Origin: an uncultured delta proteobacterium
GTDB lineage: Bacteria > Desulfobacterota > Desulfobacteria > Desulfobacterales > JAFDCJ01
Reading direction: 5' to 3'
Assembly (NCBI GenBank): GCA_963769935.1
Contig: CAVYNY010000006.1
Location: 1-15,565, forward strand
Length of the DNA: 15,565 nucleotides
Shown here: one piece after another, positions 6,518 through 14,552 of the stretch
Position numbering within the stretch: the first letter of the stretch is position 1
Layout: every line of letters begins with the position of its first letter
Program-made: the position numbers and the translations under genes
The notes under the pieces: model-generated
Database searches by the model: none
The model's input: the letters and a program-made list of their open reading frames with translations, nothing else
What the model was told of the DNA's origin: nothing

Positions 6518-8353
6518 TCATCTGAAAATTAGATAGCACAGCCAGACGATGACCGTCGGAAGGATCGCGGCCTTTAACAGGCCGGCCGGGGAAATGCCGT
6601 TTGCGAAATACTTTTTGAGAATCGACTGACCGGCCGGGTTGGGCGCATTGGCGATCACCGTCAGGCCGCCGCCGGTCACCGCCCCGGCTACCACGGCGTA
6701 TTTAAGGCTGTCGGTAAATCCGGGCACAAGCGTGCTTAAATAGGTGATCGCGGCGTTGTCATTAAAAGCGGTTAATACAGTGGCCACCAGCATCAGCGGG
6801 ATATCGGTCAAATTTCCCAGAACCGGTGCGATCCACCAGCCCTGCACCCCACCGTGGATAACCAGACCGCCCAGAAAAAAACCCACCAGCAGGGGCGGTT
6901 TCAGGTCAATCCGGTTTTGAAAGGGAGATGTCACCTGGGAAAATCCCAGAAAAAACAGCAGACCGGGGATAAAAAGCTCCGGATGGTGGGCGTTGACAAT
7001 CGTCCAGGCCATAAATGCCACGTGAAAAATGGTCACCCAGGCCGGCACCGGATCGTCGCGCTCATCCCATTGCGGATCATAAAATTGGGAGCGTTCGTTT
7101 TCGGGCAGCAAACCGGGCAGGAATTCGCGCATTCTTGACAACTTGACCTCTTCAAAACGTTTGTCAAACGCATCTTTCACCAGATTCTGATCGACGCCCT
7201 CCCTGGTGAAGGCGGACAGATATTTTTCGCTCAATCGATCGGCCAACCGCTGTTTTATCTGCGGCATGGCTTTTTCGATCTGCTGCTCGCAGACCTGTCT
7301 GAATCCGATTTCCCCATCCACAGCCGATGCAATTTCTGCGAATTCGGCATCAAGCTCCCGGCGGTTTAAGTATTTGAGGCGGATTTCTTCTGTTAGGCTT
7401 CGCTGTAAATAATTGCTCTGCAACCGCGCCAGTTCCCCACGGAAGATGCCGTAGTAAACCCCGTTTGAAATAATAATTCCCAGCAGGGCCTTCCAGCCGA
7501 AGGTGACCATCATGTGGGCCATGTCCCAATTCCAGGGGCCGGCCACCATCAGCACCGGCGGAGCGGCAAAATGGGTCAGGGTCCCCCCCACGGATATATT
7601 GACGAACAACAGGCCGATGGTGGCATATTTGAATTTTTCACTGGGTTCCAGATCATAGAGCTTATGGCCCAGCAGCAGCGCGGATATGGTCATGGCCGCC
7701 GGTTCGGTGATCAAAGATCCCAGCAGCGGTCCAATGGTCAGAATGGTAAACCACCAGGCCGTCAGGGTGCCGCCCAGCAGGTCGGCGATTTTCCACATGA
7801 TGCGCTCGGTGAGCTTCAAAATCGGCCGGGTCGAGGCCAAGGTCATAATCACCACCACGAACATGGCTTCGGTAAAATTAACGCGGTAGCTGATATAGTT
7901 GACAACAGTTTTCCAGTCGTAAAACGCATATATGGCGCCGACCAGGGCAATTACCCAGATCCCGAAGACAGCTTCGACCTCACCGAGAAAATGAAACAGT
8001 TCGGCACCGTGATGCACGGAATGCCGGTCCGCCAGCCCCTTTTTTATCTTTTCTTCATGTTCCTGCTCCCACTTATGGGAGACGGCCGTAAATTTGCTGG
8101 TCAGAAAGGTGTGAATAATGGCGCAGAAAAATATCAGGGTCGCTATCAGGTTGAAAGGTTCCTGTTTGATACGGTTTGTAAGGATGGCGGTGATGCTTTT
8201 AACATCGGAATCATGATAGCTGTCAAGGCTGCGTGGAAATGCTTCGGTGTCGGCCGCCGGCTTGTCTGCGGCGATCGCCGCTGCCCCGCCGATTAAGACA
8301 ATGCCCAAAATGCACAAAAAAATAAGCGACCCCGTCCTGCCGCATCTTTTCAT
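6518..8353 (-). CDS. Putative Na+/H+ antiporter (DUF1504/Na_H_antiport_3-type ion transporter superfamily membrane protein)
   Basis: Many TM segments. Motifs HFLGEVEAVFGIW, GSLITEPAAMT, FVNISVGGTLTHFAAPPVLMVA, DNAAITYL and GGGLTVIANAPNPAG. Start placed at ATG 8353, after a purine-rich RBS. Confidence 0.85.
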   Translation of the reverse strand: MKRCGRTGSLIFLCILGIVLIGGAAAIAADKPAADTEAFPRSLDSYHDSDVKSITAILTNRIKQEPFNLIATLIFFCAIIHTFLTSKFTAVSHKWEQEHEEKIKKGLADRHSVHHGAELFHFLGEVEAVFGIWVIALVGAIYAFYDWKTVVNYISYRVNFTEAMFVVVIMTLASTRPILKLTERIMWKIADLLGGTLTAWWFTILTIGPLLGSLITEPAAMTISALLLGHKLYDLEPSEKFKYATIGLLFVNISVGGTLTHFAAPPVLMVAGPWNWDMAHMMVTFGWKALLGIIISNGVYYGIFRGELARLQSNYLQRSLTEEIRLKYLNRRELDAEFAEIASAVDGEIGFRQVCEQQIEKAMPQIKQRLADRLSEKYLSAFTREGVDQNLVKDAFDKRFEEVKLSRMREFLPGLLPENERSQFYDPQWDERDDPVPAWVTIFHVAFMAWTIVNAHHPELFIPGLLFFLGFSQVTSPFQNRIDLKPPLLVGFFLGGLVIHGGVQGWWIAPVLGNLTDIPLMLVATVLTAFNDNAAITYLSTLVPGFTDSLKYAVVAGAVTGGGLTVIANAPNPAGQSILKKYFANGISPAGLLKAAILPTVIVWLCYLIFR

Positions 8354-8644
8354 TTCAGCCTTCCCCCCTGCCGGGCATGCCTTAAAGCCGGTAAGATAGA
8401 CGCCGGAAGCCTCTTTGCGATAAAAACCCGGATTAATATGAATACTCGATTCAGGAATGAACTTGACAGGTACAGTAATACACTCTGGTTGAAAATCAAG
8501 TAGATGGAAGGATAGCACCGGAGCGACGACGAAAATTGAATCATGGGCGGTTTCCCGCTCAGACGGGAGGACCGATTCGCTCCAACCGGTCCGTCCGGGC
8601 TCGGATATCAGGGTTGCGCCTGCAATCCCCCGGCCGGCGGATGC

Positions 8645-10273
8645 TCAGTCCGGCCGGCCGACGGCAACCACGCGGTTGCGTCCCTGCTGTTTGGCGGCAT
8701 AAAGCCCGTTGCCCGCCCGTTTGATCAGATCGGTGATGGATTTGTCGGCTGCAGGTGAAAACTGGGCCAGCCCGATGCTGACGGTAAATTTTATTTCTTT
8801 CGAATCATATCGAACCGGGGTTTCCTCGATTTTTTTCCGCAATCTCTCACATAAAACCTGAGCATCGGTCAAGCGCGTATTGGGCATTATCACGGCAAAC
8901 TCCTCTCCGCCGCAGCGGCAGGGCAAATCGCACCGGCGAATGCTTTCGCGCAGCAGGCGGGCTGTTGCTTTGAGCACTGCATCACCGGCCGGATGGCCGT
9001 AGGCATCGTTTACCTGTTTGAAATTATCCAGATCCAGCATGCAAAGGGTCAGGAATTGCCCATATCGGGCGGCGCCGGAAAGCTCGCGTTCGGCAAATTC
9101 CATGAAGTAGCGTCGATTGTACAGATCCGTTAGTTCGTCTTTGGTCGAAAGCTCGGCCATTTTTTCTAAAGCCTGCTTGATTTCCTGCTTCATCCTGAAT
9201 TTTTCAAGAGTGTTGTGGATGATTCTGGTCAGCGACTTTTTGCCGATGCGCGACTTGGGAAGATAATCGTAGGCTCCGGCCTGGATAACCCCGGAAGCAA
9301 TCATTTCATCGCCCTTGCCGGTGATGACGACCACCGGTATTTCCAGCTCTTTTTCGGCCATCCATCTTATAAAATCAAGCGCCGTGCTTGAGGGGAGCGC
9401 ATAATCCAAAAATATCAGGTCAAAGGATTGCATCTCCAACATCTCCATCGCTTCGCCCGAATCACAGGCGTGTTCTATCCGGATCAACTGCGGATTTCCA
9501 ATCGCGGATTTGATTTTACGAAAATCCAGCTCATTGTCTTCCACCGATAAAATTTGAACGGCTTTATCCAGCTTCAGAATGGCTGCCTCGCCGCCGAAAT
9601 GTTTGACCTCGTCGTGCCGGATGGTCTGGATCTTTTTCACAATTTCAGCAATGCGCCGGCCGGCATTTTCGATTTGCGTGCTGTATTTCGCCACCTTTTC
9701 GGGATTGTCCCTGTCCATGGCCATCAGCTCGATATAGCCCAAAAGTGCCATCAGCGGCTGGTTTAATTCATGGGCCGTGGCCCCGGCCATCTGCAGCATC
9801 ATCTTCAGATGTTCTTCTTCGATCATGGTCTTTTGCTCTTTAGCGGTCCAATCCCGGCAAGAGGCGATCTCGATCCTGTCGAAACAACGCTCCAGGAAAT
9901 ACCGGTAATCTTTAATTTTACTTTTTGCGGTGCATTTTTGTTCAACCAGGTCCAAATAGCTTTGCCGATAGCATTTCATCAAACCCAGAAACATGGCCAT
10001 GCCGACGCCTCTTTGCCGGTGACGGCGGGCCTCGGTTATGCTGAAGCCGGTCAGCGGGTCATCGGCATCGCTATTATCCCCGCCGAGTTCCGGTGCGCCT
10101 GGATAATGCCGGCTGCCTTCTATCAGCGAAGAAGACAGTCCGGCAATCAAAAGCTGCCAATCCTCTTGCCGGGTGGAGGTGGTCTCTGTGAAACCATACT
10201 TTTTCGCATAGCCAAGAACGCTTTTCAGCAACCAGTCTTTATCTTTTTCAATAAGCCTTCTTAATTCATCCAT
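8645..10273 (-). CDS. Diguanylate cyclase: N-terminal RsbRD_N-like helical domain, HisKA-like segment, REC, GGDEF
   Basis: H-box AHELNQPL. REC residues VED / FLDY / VITG / YLPK. GGDEF motifs DELTDLYNRR, DLDNFKQVNDAYGHPAGD, I-site RRCD and GGEEF. Confidence 0.92.
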   Translation of the reverse strand: MDELRRLIEKDKDWLLKSVLGYAKKYGFTETTSTRQEDWQLLIAGLSSSLIEGSRHYPGAPELGGDNSDADDPLTGFSITEARRHRQRGVGMAMFLGLMKCYRQSYLDLVEQKCTAKSKIKDYRYFLERCFDRIEIASCRDWTAKEQKTMIEEEHLKMMLQMAGATAHELNQPLMALLGYIELMAMDRDNPEKVAKYSTQIENAGRRIAEIVKKIQTIRHDEVKHFGGEAAILKLDKAVQILSVEDNELDFRKIKSAIGNPQLIRIEHACDSGEAMEMLEMQSFDLIFLDYALPSSTALDFIRWMAEKELEIPVVVITGKGDEMIASGVIQAGAYDYLPKSRIGKKSLTRIIHNTLEKFRMKQEIKQALEKMAELSTKDELTDLYNRRYFMEFAERELSGAARYGQFLTLCMLDLDNFKQVNDAYGHPAGDAVLKATARLLRESIRRCDLPCRCGGEEFAVIMPNTRLTDAQVLCERLRKKIEETPVRYDSKEIKFTVSIGLAQFSPAADKSITDLIKRAGNGLYAAKQQGRNRVVAVGRPD

Positions 10274-10522
10274 GTTTTTTCTGCCGTTCTGGTGGCCCAG
10301 AGAAATTTAAATGCTTGCTCTTCTGTATAATTTTGTTTAAAATTAATTGCTTCGCCCTGAAAAATCGCGATACCGGGTTTGGCTTGAACCCAGTGGTCCA
10401 ATTGAAACTGATGAGAATGGCCAATATTGTCCCGGCGGATTAATTACCTTTATCTAAGGCTGCAAGAAATGAGTCTGCTGGTGTGAACCGATCTTTATTA
10501 TTTAGCCTTGACGCCACCGCCT

Positions 10523-10551
10523 ATTAAAGCATTATCATATTAAAAAGTCAA
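10523..10551 (-). promoter_or_regulatory. Sigma70-type promoter toward the diguanylate cyclase
   Basis: Minus strand: TTGACT, 17 nt ending in TGC, then TTTAAT (TG-n extended -10). Confidence 0.45.
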
Positions 10552-10646
10552 TTTTCGCACGCAGGTTCTGAAACAAGTCCGGCTACAGGAGAAATGCCAT
10601 TCTTTATTTGGAAATTCAGAGAAAATGAGTTGTGGTTCACGACAAG

Positions 10647-10674
10647 TTGACAAATATTTTAATGGAATTATCTT
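10647..10674 (+). promoter_or_regulatory. Sigma70-type promoter toward the CBM48 gene
   Basis: TTGACA (10647-10652), 16-nt spacer, TATCTT (10669-10674). Confidence 0.45.
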
Positions 10675-10859
10675 TGAACCTTAATTTAAAGTCAACCACC
10701 ACCCGCCTTGCGGGCTGGAGTTTGGGGCCCTACACCTAAAACTAAAACAACATCACATCAGTGCGTTATATGTTGAACTTGCGCCCGGGTGCATGGCACC
10801 GGGTGTTTTCGGCAAGAATCAAGTTCAGGTTCCGCAATTCAAAATAAGGACAATGACCG

Positions 10860-11156
10860 ATGCTGAAAAAAAGCTATTCCAAAACAAAGCGTTCATGCCG
10901 GGTGACATTTGAGTTGCCGCAACAGGCGAAAGCAGAAAGAGTGGCGCTATGCGGTGAATTCAATAACTGGGATCCATCAGCCAACCTGATGAAGCAGAGA
11001 AAAGACGGTCGGTTTAGTACCACCGTTTCGATGGCGGCGGGTCGGAGTTACCGCTTTAAATATCTGGTGGATAACCAGCGCTGGGAAAACGATTCGGCTG
11101 CAGACAGCTATGTTACCAATGAATACGGTTCCGAAGATTCGCTGCTTCGATTATAG
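10860..11156 (+). CDS. Isoamylase early-set / CBM48 glycogen-binding domain protein (standalone)
   Basis: Motifs CRVTFELP, VALCGEFNNW, MKQRKDGRFS, YRFKYLVD and WENDSAADSYVTNEYG. AAGGA RBS upstream. Confidence 0.92.
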   Translation: MLKKSYSKTKRSCRVTFELPQQAKAERVALCGEFNNWDPSANLMKQRKDGRFSTTVSMAAGRSYRFKYLVDNQRWENDSAADSYVTNEYGSEDSLLRL

Positions 11157-11352
11157 GCCCGATTTCACCAAAATCCGCTGTTCATCCTCCAAGTCCGTCG
11201 GTGATTCATAGAAGGAACCCTATTTCTATTCTCTGCAACGGTGATACGCTGTTCTTTTCAATATTTGGAATCCAGTCTGGATCAGAGTTTTTTTGAGGAG
11301 AAATAAAAGAAGGTTTTGTCTTATTGCGCCCTCCAAACGAAAGGCGATTTTT

Positions 11353-12108
11353 ATGCTTAGAATTTTCATTATCGCACTGGCGATCTTAGCCCTCAGTCTC
11401 GTACCTTGTACCTATGGGCAATCGATTTCGGCAGAAGATACCTTGGTTCCCACTCTGACGGTAAGGGGCAACGCAGAGTTATCGGCAGCTCCGGACCAGG
11501 CGCTCGTTCAGCTCGGAGCGGTTGCCCAAAGCGAGAGCGCAAAAGATGCTCAGGAGCAGGTGAATCGCACGGTGGGTGCCATCCTTACGGCGATTAAAGC
11601 GGCCGGGATTTCCGAGCAGAATATTTCCACCACCGAATTGACCCTTGTGCCGGTTCATGAGCGGATAAACCGGACGACGGACCAACAGGCGAACCTTCCC
11701 CGCATTGTCGGCTATTTGGCGACCAACGTGGTGCGGGTTGAGATTAATGAGATAGATAAAATCGGCGATGTAATCGATGCCGGCATCGGCGCGGGAGCCA
11801 ACCGACTTGAAGGGCTCTATTTTGAGTTGAAGGATGACACGCTTTTGCGCCAAAAGGCCCTTCAGCAGGCTGCTTTAAATGCCAGGGAAAAGGCGGAGTC
11901 GATCTCAGGTGCCTTGAACCTTCGCCTGGGTCGAATCCTCCAGATAACGGAAGAAGGCGTCCAAACCGTTCGTCCCCAGTTTATAGCCTCGCGGATGGCC
12001 GTAGCCGCCGCCGAATCCACCCCGGTCGCACCCGGCCGAATCCAGGTAAGCGCTTCGGTGGTTATCGGGTATCAAATCGAAAATTCCGCAACGCCGGCTG
12101 CCAAATAA
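11353..12108 (+). CDS. SIMPL (DUF541) domain periplasmic protein
   Basis: Signal peptide from ATG 11353. Motifs TLTVRGNAELSAAPDQA, GYLATNVVRV, VIDAGIGAGANRLEGLYF, ALQQAALNAREKA and PVAPGRIQVSASV. Confidence 0.92.
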   Translation: MLRIFIIALAILALSLVPCTYGQSISAEDTLVPTLTVRGNAELSAAPDQALVQLGAVAQSESAKDAQEQVNRTVGAILTAIKAAGISEQNISTTELTLVPVHERINRTTDQQANLPRIVGYLATNVVRVEINEIDKIGDVIDAGIGAGANRLEGLYFELKDDTLLRQKALQQAALNAREKAESISGALNLRLGRILQITEEGVQTVRPQFIASRMAVAAAESTPVAPGRIQVSASVVIGYQIENSATPAAK

Positions 12109-12222
12109 GCACCCACTCAGATACTGCCACGCGACGGCACCGGGTATCTGCGCAGCGGCAAACTGGTTGTTATTATCGTAGGCGTACGTATAAGTAAGCG
12201 CATCGGGACAGAGTTTCCATAA

Positions 12223-13106
12223 TTATTCTTCTTTCGCTTTCTCACCACAGGGTCTGCACTTGCTGACCGTCTTCATCCGGCTGTCGCGGGACTTCCAGGA
12301 AAGCAGCAGGCCTTCCAGATATTTTTGATAACCGGCGAGTCCACCCCTAAGATTAAAGGCTTCGATACCCATTCGGCTCAGGGATTTTTCCGCCTTTTCA
12401 TACTGCTCACCGGTTTCATTGAAAATGACAACGGATTGAAAAGGCGTATTTTTGTGCTTGGTGATGAGCTTCCTGAGCTCTGCCGCTGAAACGTCGCTGC
12501 CGGCCAAAACAGGAATGTGTTTGGCGTAGGGAATAAGCCGGCTGGATGTCTCGCTGCGTGCCGGCGAGATATCTATGACCAGCGTGTTCTCGTAATCTTT
12601 TTCCCGGAAAAACGCTGGGGGCGAAACTGTTCTTCATCACATCCAGCGCAAAGAGGTCACCGGTAAGCTGGCCGCCTTTTCGCTGCCAGGCCGGCAGGCC
12701 GCCGTCCAGAATGGATACCTTAAAGCCGCGTTTCGCCAGCCGCCGGCACTCGTCTTCCAGCTCGGCGTAGCGAAATCCTTCGTTGACTAAAACGACCGGC
12801 GCCGACTTCAAATAGGTCTTGGTTTTGACGACGAACAAAGCAATGTTGACCGAGCCCGGGATGTAGAGCCGCTCGAAGTCTTCCCTACTGCGGACATCCA
12901 CCAGGGTTAACTGCTGGTTTTGTCTTAATTTATATAGCACGGCCTCGACTGTAATCGCCAGGGAGGCATCATGCTTTTTGAGGCTGCGGGCGATGAGCTC
13001 GGTCGGGAATTTTAGAAAGTGAAGCGGTTTCCTCCGCAAAAATATTTGTAAAAAACCCTGCTGAAATGATGGCTATAGAGCCGATAATGGGGAGTAAATT
13101 TTTCAT
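12223..13106 (-). CDS. Exported tandem rhodanese-homology domain protein (catalytic Cys absent, C-terminal CxxC), two +1 frameshifts
   Basis: Reconstruction: ATG 13106 MKNLLPIIGSIAIISAGFFTNIFA-EETASLSKIP; frameshift near 13006; TELIARS..LVDVRSREDFERLYIPGS..LDGGLPAW..MK; frameshift near 12630; TVSPPAFFREKDYENTLVIDISP..IPYAKHIP..LRGGLAGY..CRPCGEKAKEE*. Removing 2 bases gives 293 aa. Confidence 0.8.
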
Positions 13107-13115
13107 ACTTTTCGC

Positions 13116-13143
13116 TATCAATTATGAACTATGAGCTATGAAC
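13116..13143. repeat. Heptamer array, 4 x TATGARC
   Basis: tatcaat tatgaac tatgagc tatgaac. Confidence 0.7.
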
Positions 13144-13162
13144 TGGCATCTTCGATGCCTCA

Positions 13163-13197
13163 CCTTTTTCCTTTAACCTCTTTCCTTGCGCCTTTCA
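13163..13197. repeat. Heptamer array, 5 x CCTTTNN
   Basis: ccttttt cctttaa cctcttt ccttgcg cctttca. The last unit contains the transglutaminase stop codon. Confidence 0.7.
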
Positions 13198-14148
13198 ATT
13201 CATGATAACTTTCAGTCCTTCACCCTTGACCCGAAAGCGGTTGTAAGCGCCCAGCGGATTGTCTTCCGATGCGCGGATGATGCGCATGGCAATGTAATTC
13301 TCCGGGTTTCGCATCAGCACATTGTTTTGCGGGTCGGCGATCTGCCAGGTGCCGTCTCCGTAAAACTCCCCCCAGTTGTGATAATCCCGCGCTTTTAAAA
13401 CAGCGCTTTCCGGGCATATGTAACCGCCGATTCGGCGAGCCGGGATCCCGTTGGCACGGCACAGGGCTACAAACAGATCCATATATTCCGTGCAATCGCC
13501 TTTTTTTTGCTGGAGCGCGTAAAGGGCTCCGCGCTCCTGATCGGCGTAGCCGCTGTAATGCACGTGACTCGCAACCCAGGGGAACACCGCCTCTATGGTG
13601 TGCATCTCGTCGGCTTGCTTCAATGTTCCGGCCGTCCGGCGAATGGCCGGATGATCCGACTCGATAAATTTTTCCGGTTGCAGATCGGAGGTCCCGGGCT
13701 CAGCGGAGATGGGATTGGCTGAGCGGGAGACCCGCAGGTCGGCTTTGATGGTAATCATGCGGGAGGCATAGGGTGCCAGATTCTCAAAGGTGAAATGCAG
13801 CACCTGATTGCCGTCTTGATCGGTGAGCAGTTGAAAGGGATAGTTGGCGGTCAGATCCTCACAGCGCTGGCCGGCTGTCTGCTTGACCGGGGCTTGGGTC
13901 CATAGTTCGGCCTTTTTGACCACCCGGCCGGTTTTGTTCTGCAGCGTATAGCTGTATTGAATAGTTTTGGCAATGGTGTAGCCGGCAGCCGGCGGCCTAA
14001 CGTCGGACGATCGCTCGAATTGCACCCACATGATCCAGCCCACGGCCGCGAGGATGGCTGCGGCGGCGCCTGGAATCATAATGCTGCGCCTTGCAGAAGC
14101 CTTTTTTATGGTTTTATTTTCAGCAGATGCAACCTCCAACGTTTGCAA
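13195..14148 (-). CDS. Membrane-anchored transglutaminase-like (Cys-His-Asp) domain protein
   Basis: GDCTEYMDLFVALCRANGIPAR (Cys), YHNWGEFY (His) and WQIADP (Asp). N-terminal TM segment IPGAAAAILAAVGWIMWV. The start is uncertain: TTG 14148 follows GGAGG, and ATG 14079 is an alternative. Confidence 0.88.
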   Translation of the reverse strand: MQTLEVASAENKTIKKASARRSIMIPGAAAAILAAVGWIMWVQFERSSDVRPPAAGYTIAKTIQYSYTLQNKTGRVVKKAELWTQAPVKQTAGQRCEDLTANYPFQLLTDQDGNQVLHFTFENLAPYASRMITIKADLRVSRSANPISAEPGTSDLQPEKFIESDHPAIRRTAGTLKQADEMHTIEAVFPWVASHVHYSGYADQERGALYALQQKKGDCTEYMDLFVALCRANGIPARRIGGYICPESAVLKARDYHNWGEFYGDGTWQIADPQNNVLMRNPENYIAMRIIRASEDNPLGAYNRFRVKGEGLKVIMN

Positions 14149-14423
14149 TGTTCCTCCAATTAAGTAATTTCTGAATTTCTCAATTTGGGTATTTGTCAGC
14201 AGCATACAAAAAAAAATGCGGCAACACAATACGACAAAAATACTATTTTCGAGATAGTTCCCCCATCCAATGACATTAGATAAAGGAAAAATTTCTAATA
14301 CAAAAGTATTAGGGGGAAAAATTTAAAATTTAAAAATTACGCGGAAAATGTCTTATTTTGCCGTATCGAAACAGCAAAATGGGTTGCACCGGTTTAAAAA
14401 AAAGTCTATTAAAAACCCGGCTA

Positions 14424-14535
14424 ATCCGGTATCCGGCAACCAGCAGCCTGTATTCAGTTACCAGGATCAAGCAACCAGTATTAAGTATCCAGAATCCAGT
14501 ATCCAGAATCCGGTAGCCAATACCCAGCATCGAAT
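14424..14535. repeat. Degenerate heptamer tandem array, 16 x ATCCAGN
   Basis: atccggt atccggc aaccagc agcctgt attcagt taccagg atcaagc aaccagt attaagt atccaga atccagt atccaga atccggt agccaat acccagc atcgaat. The 7-nt phase is unbroken. Confidence 0.9.
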
Positions 14536-14552
14536 ATTTGAGGAAGAAGCTA

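Noticed and set aside
1197..8296. Long antisense ORFs (1197..1904, 4256..4654, 7514..8296) and similar ones such as 9770..10264
   Set aside because: Shadows on the opposite strand of well-supported genes, with no recognisable motifs.
8354..8518. Extended N-termini in the ORF track (antiporter from 8518; also 3151, 4031, 11293, 14229, 14538)
   Set aside because: Downstream starts generally have better RBS-like sequences and put the signal peptide or first domain motif at the N-terminus.
8540..8640. Cluster of GC-rich hairpins after the cyclase stop as an ncRNA or riboswitch
   Set aside because: Short stems only, no recognisable aptamer motif and no clear U-tract. At most a terminator region.
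10274..10859. c-di-GMP-I riboswitch upstream of the cyclase or CBM48 gene
   Set aside because: No GGCAAA..GAAA..GACGCAAAGC-type core seen on either strand.
3444..14148. Ubiquitin-like conjugation system made of MoaD/ThiS, rhodanese and transglutaminase
   Set aside because: The genes are more than 8 kb apart in unrelated units. The carrier is cytoplasmic while the other two are exported, the rhodanese lacks the catalytic Cys, and no E1 or JAB gene is present.
3961..14535. CRISPR array interpretation of the tandem repeats
   Set aside because: Units are 7 or 12 nt and contiguous, with no unique spacers and no cas genes.
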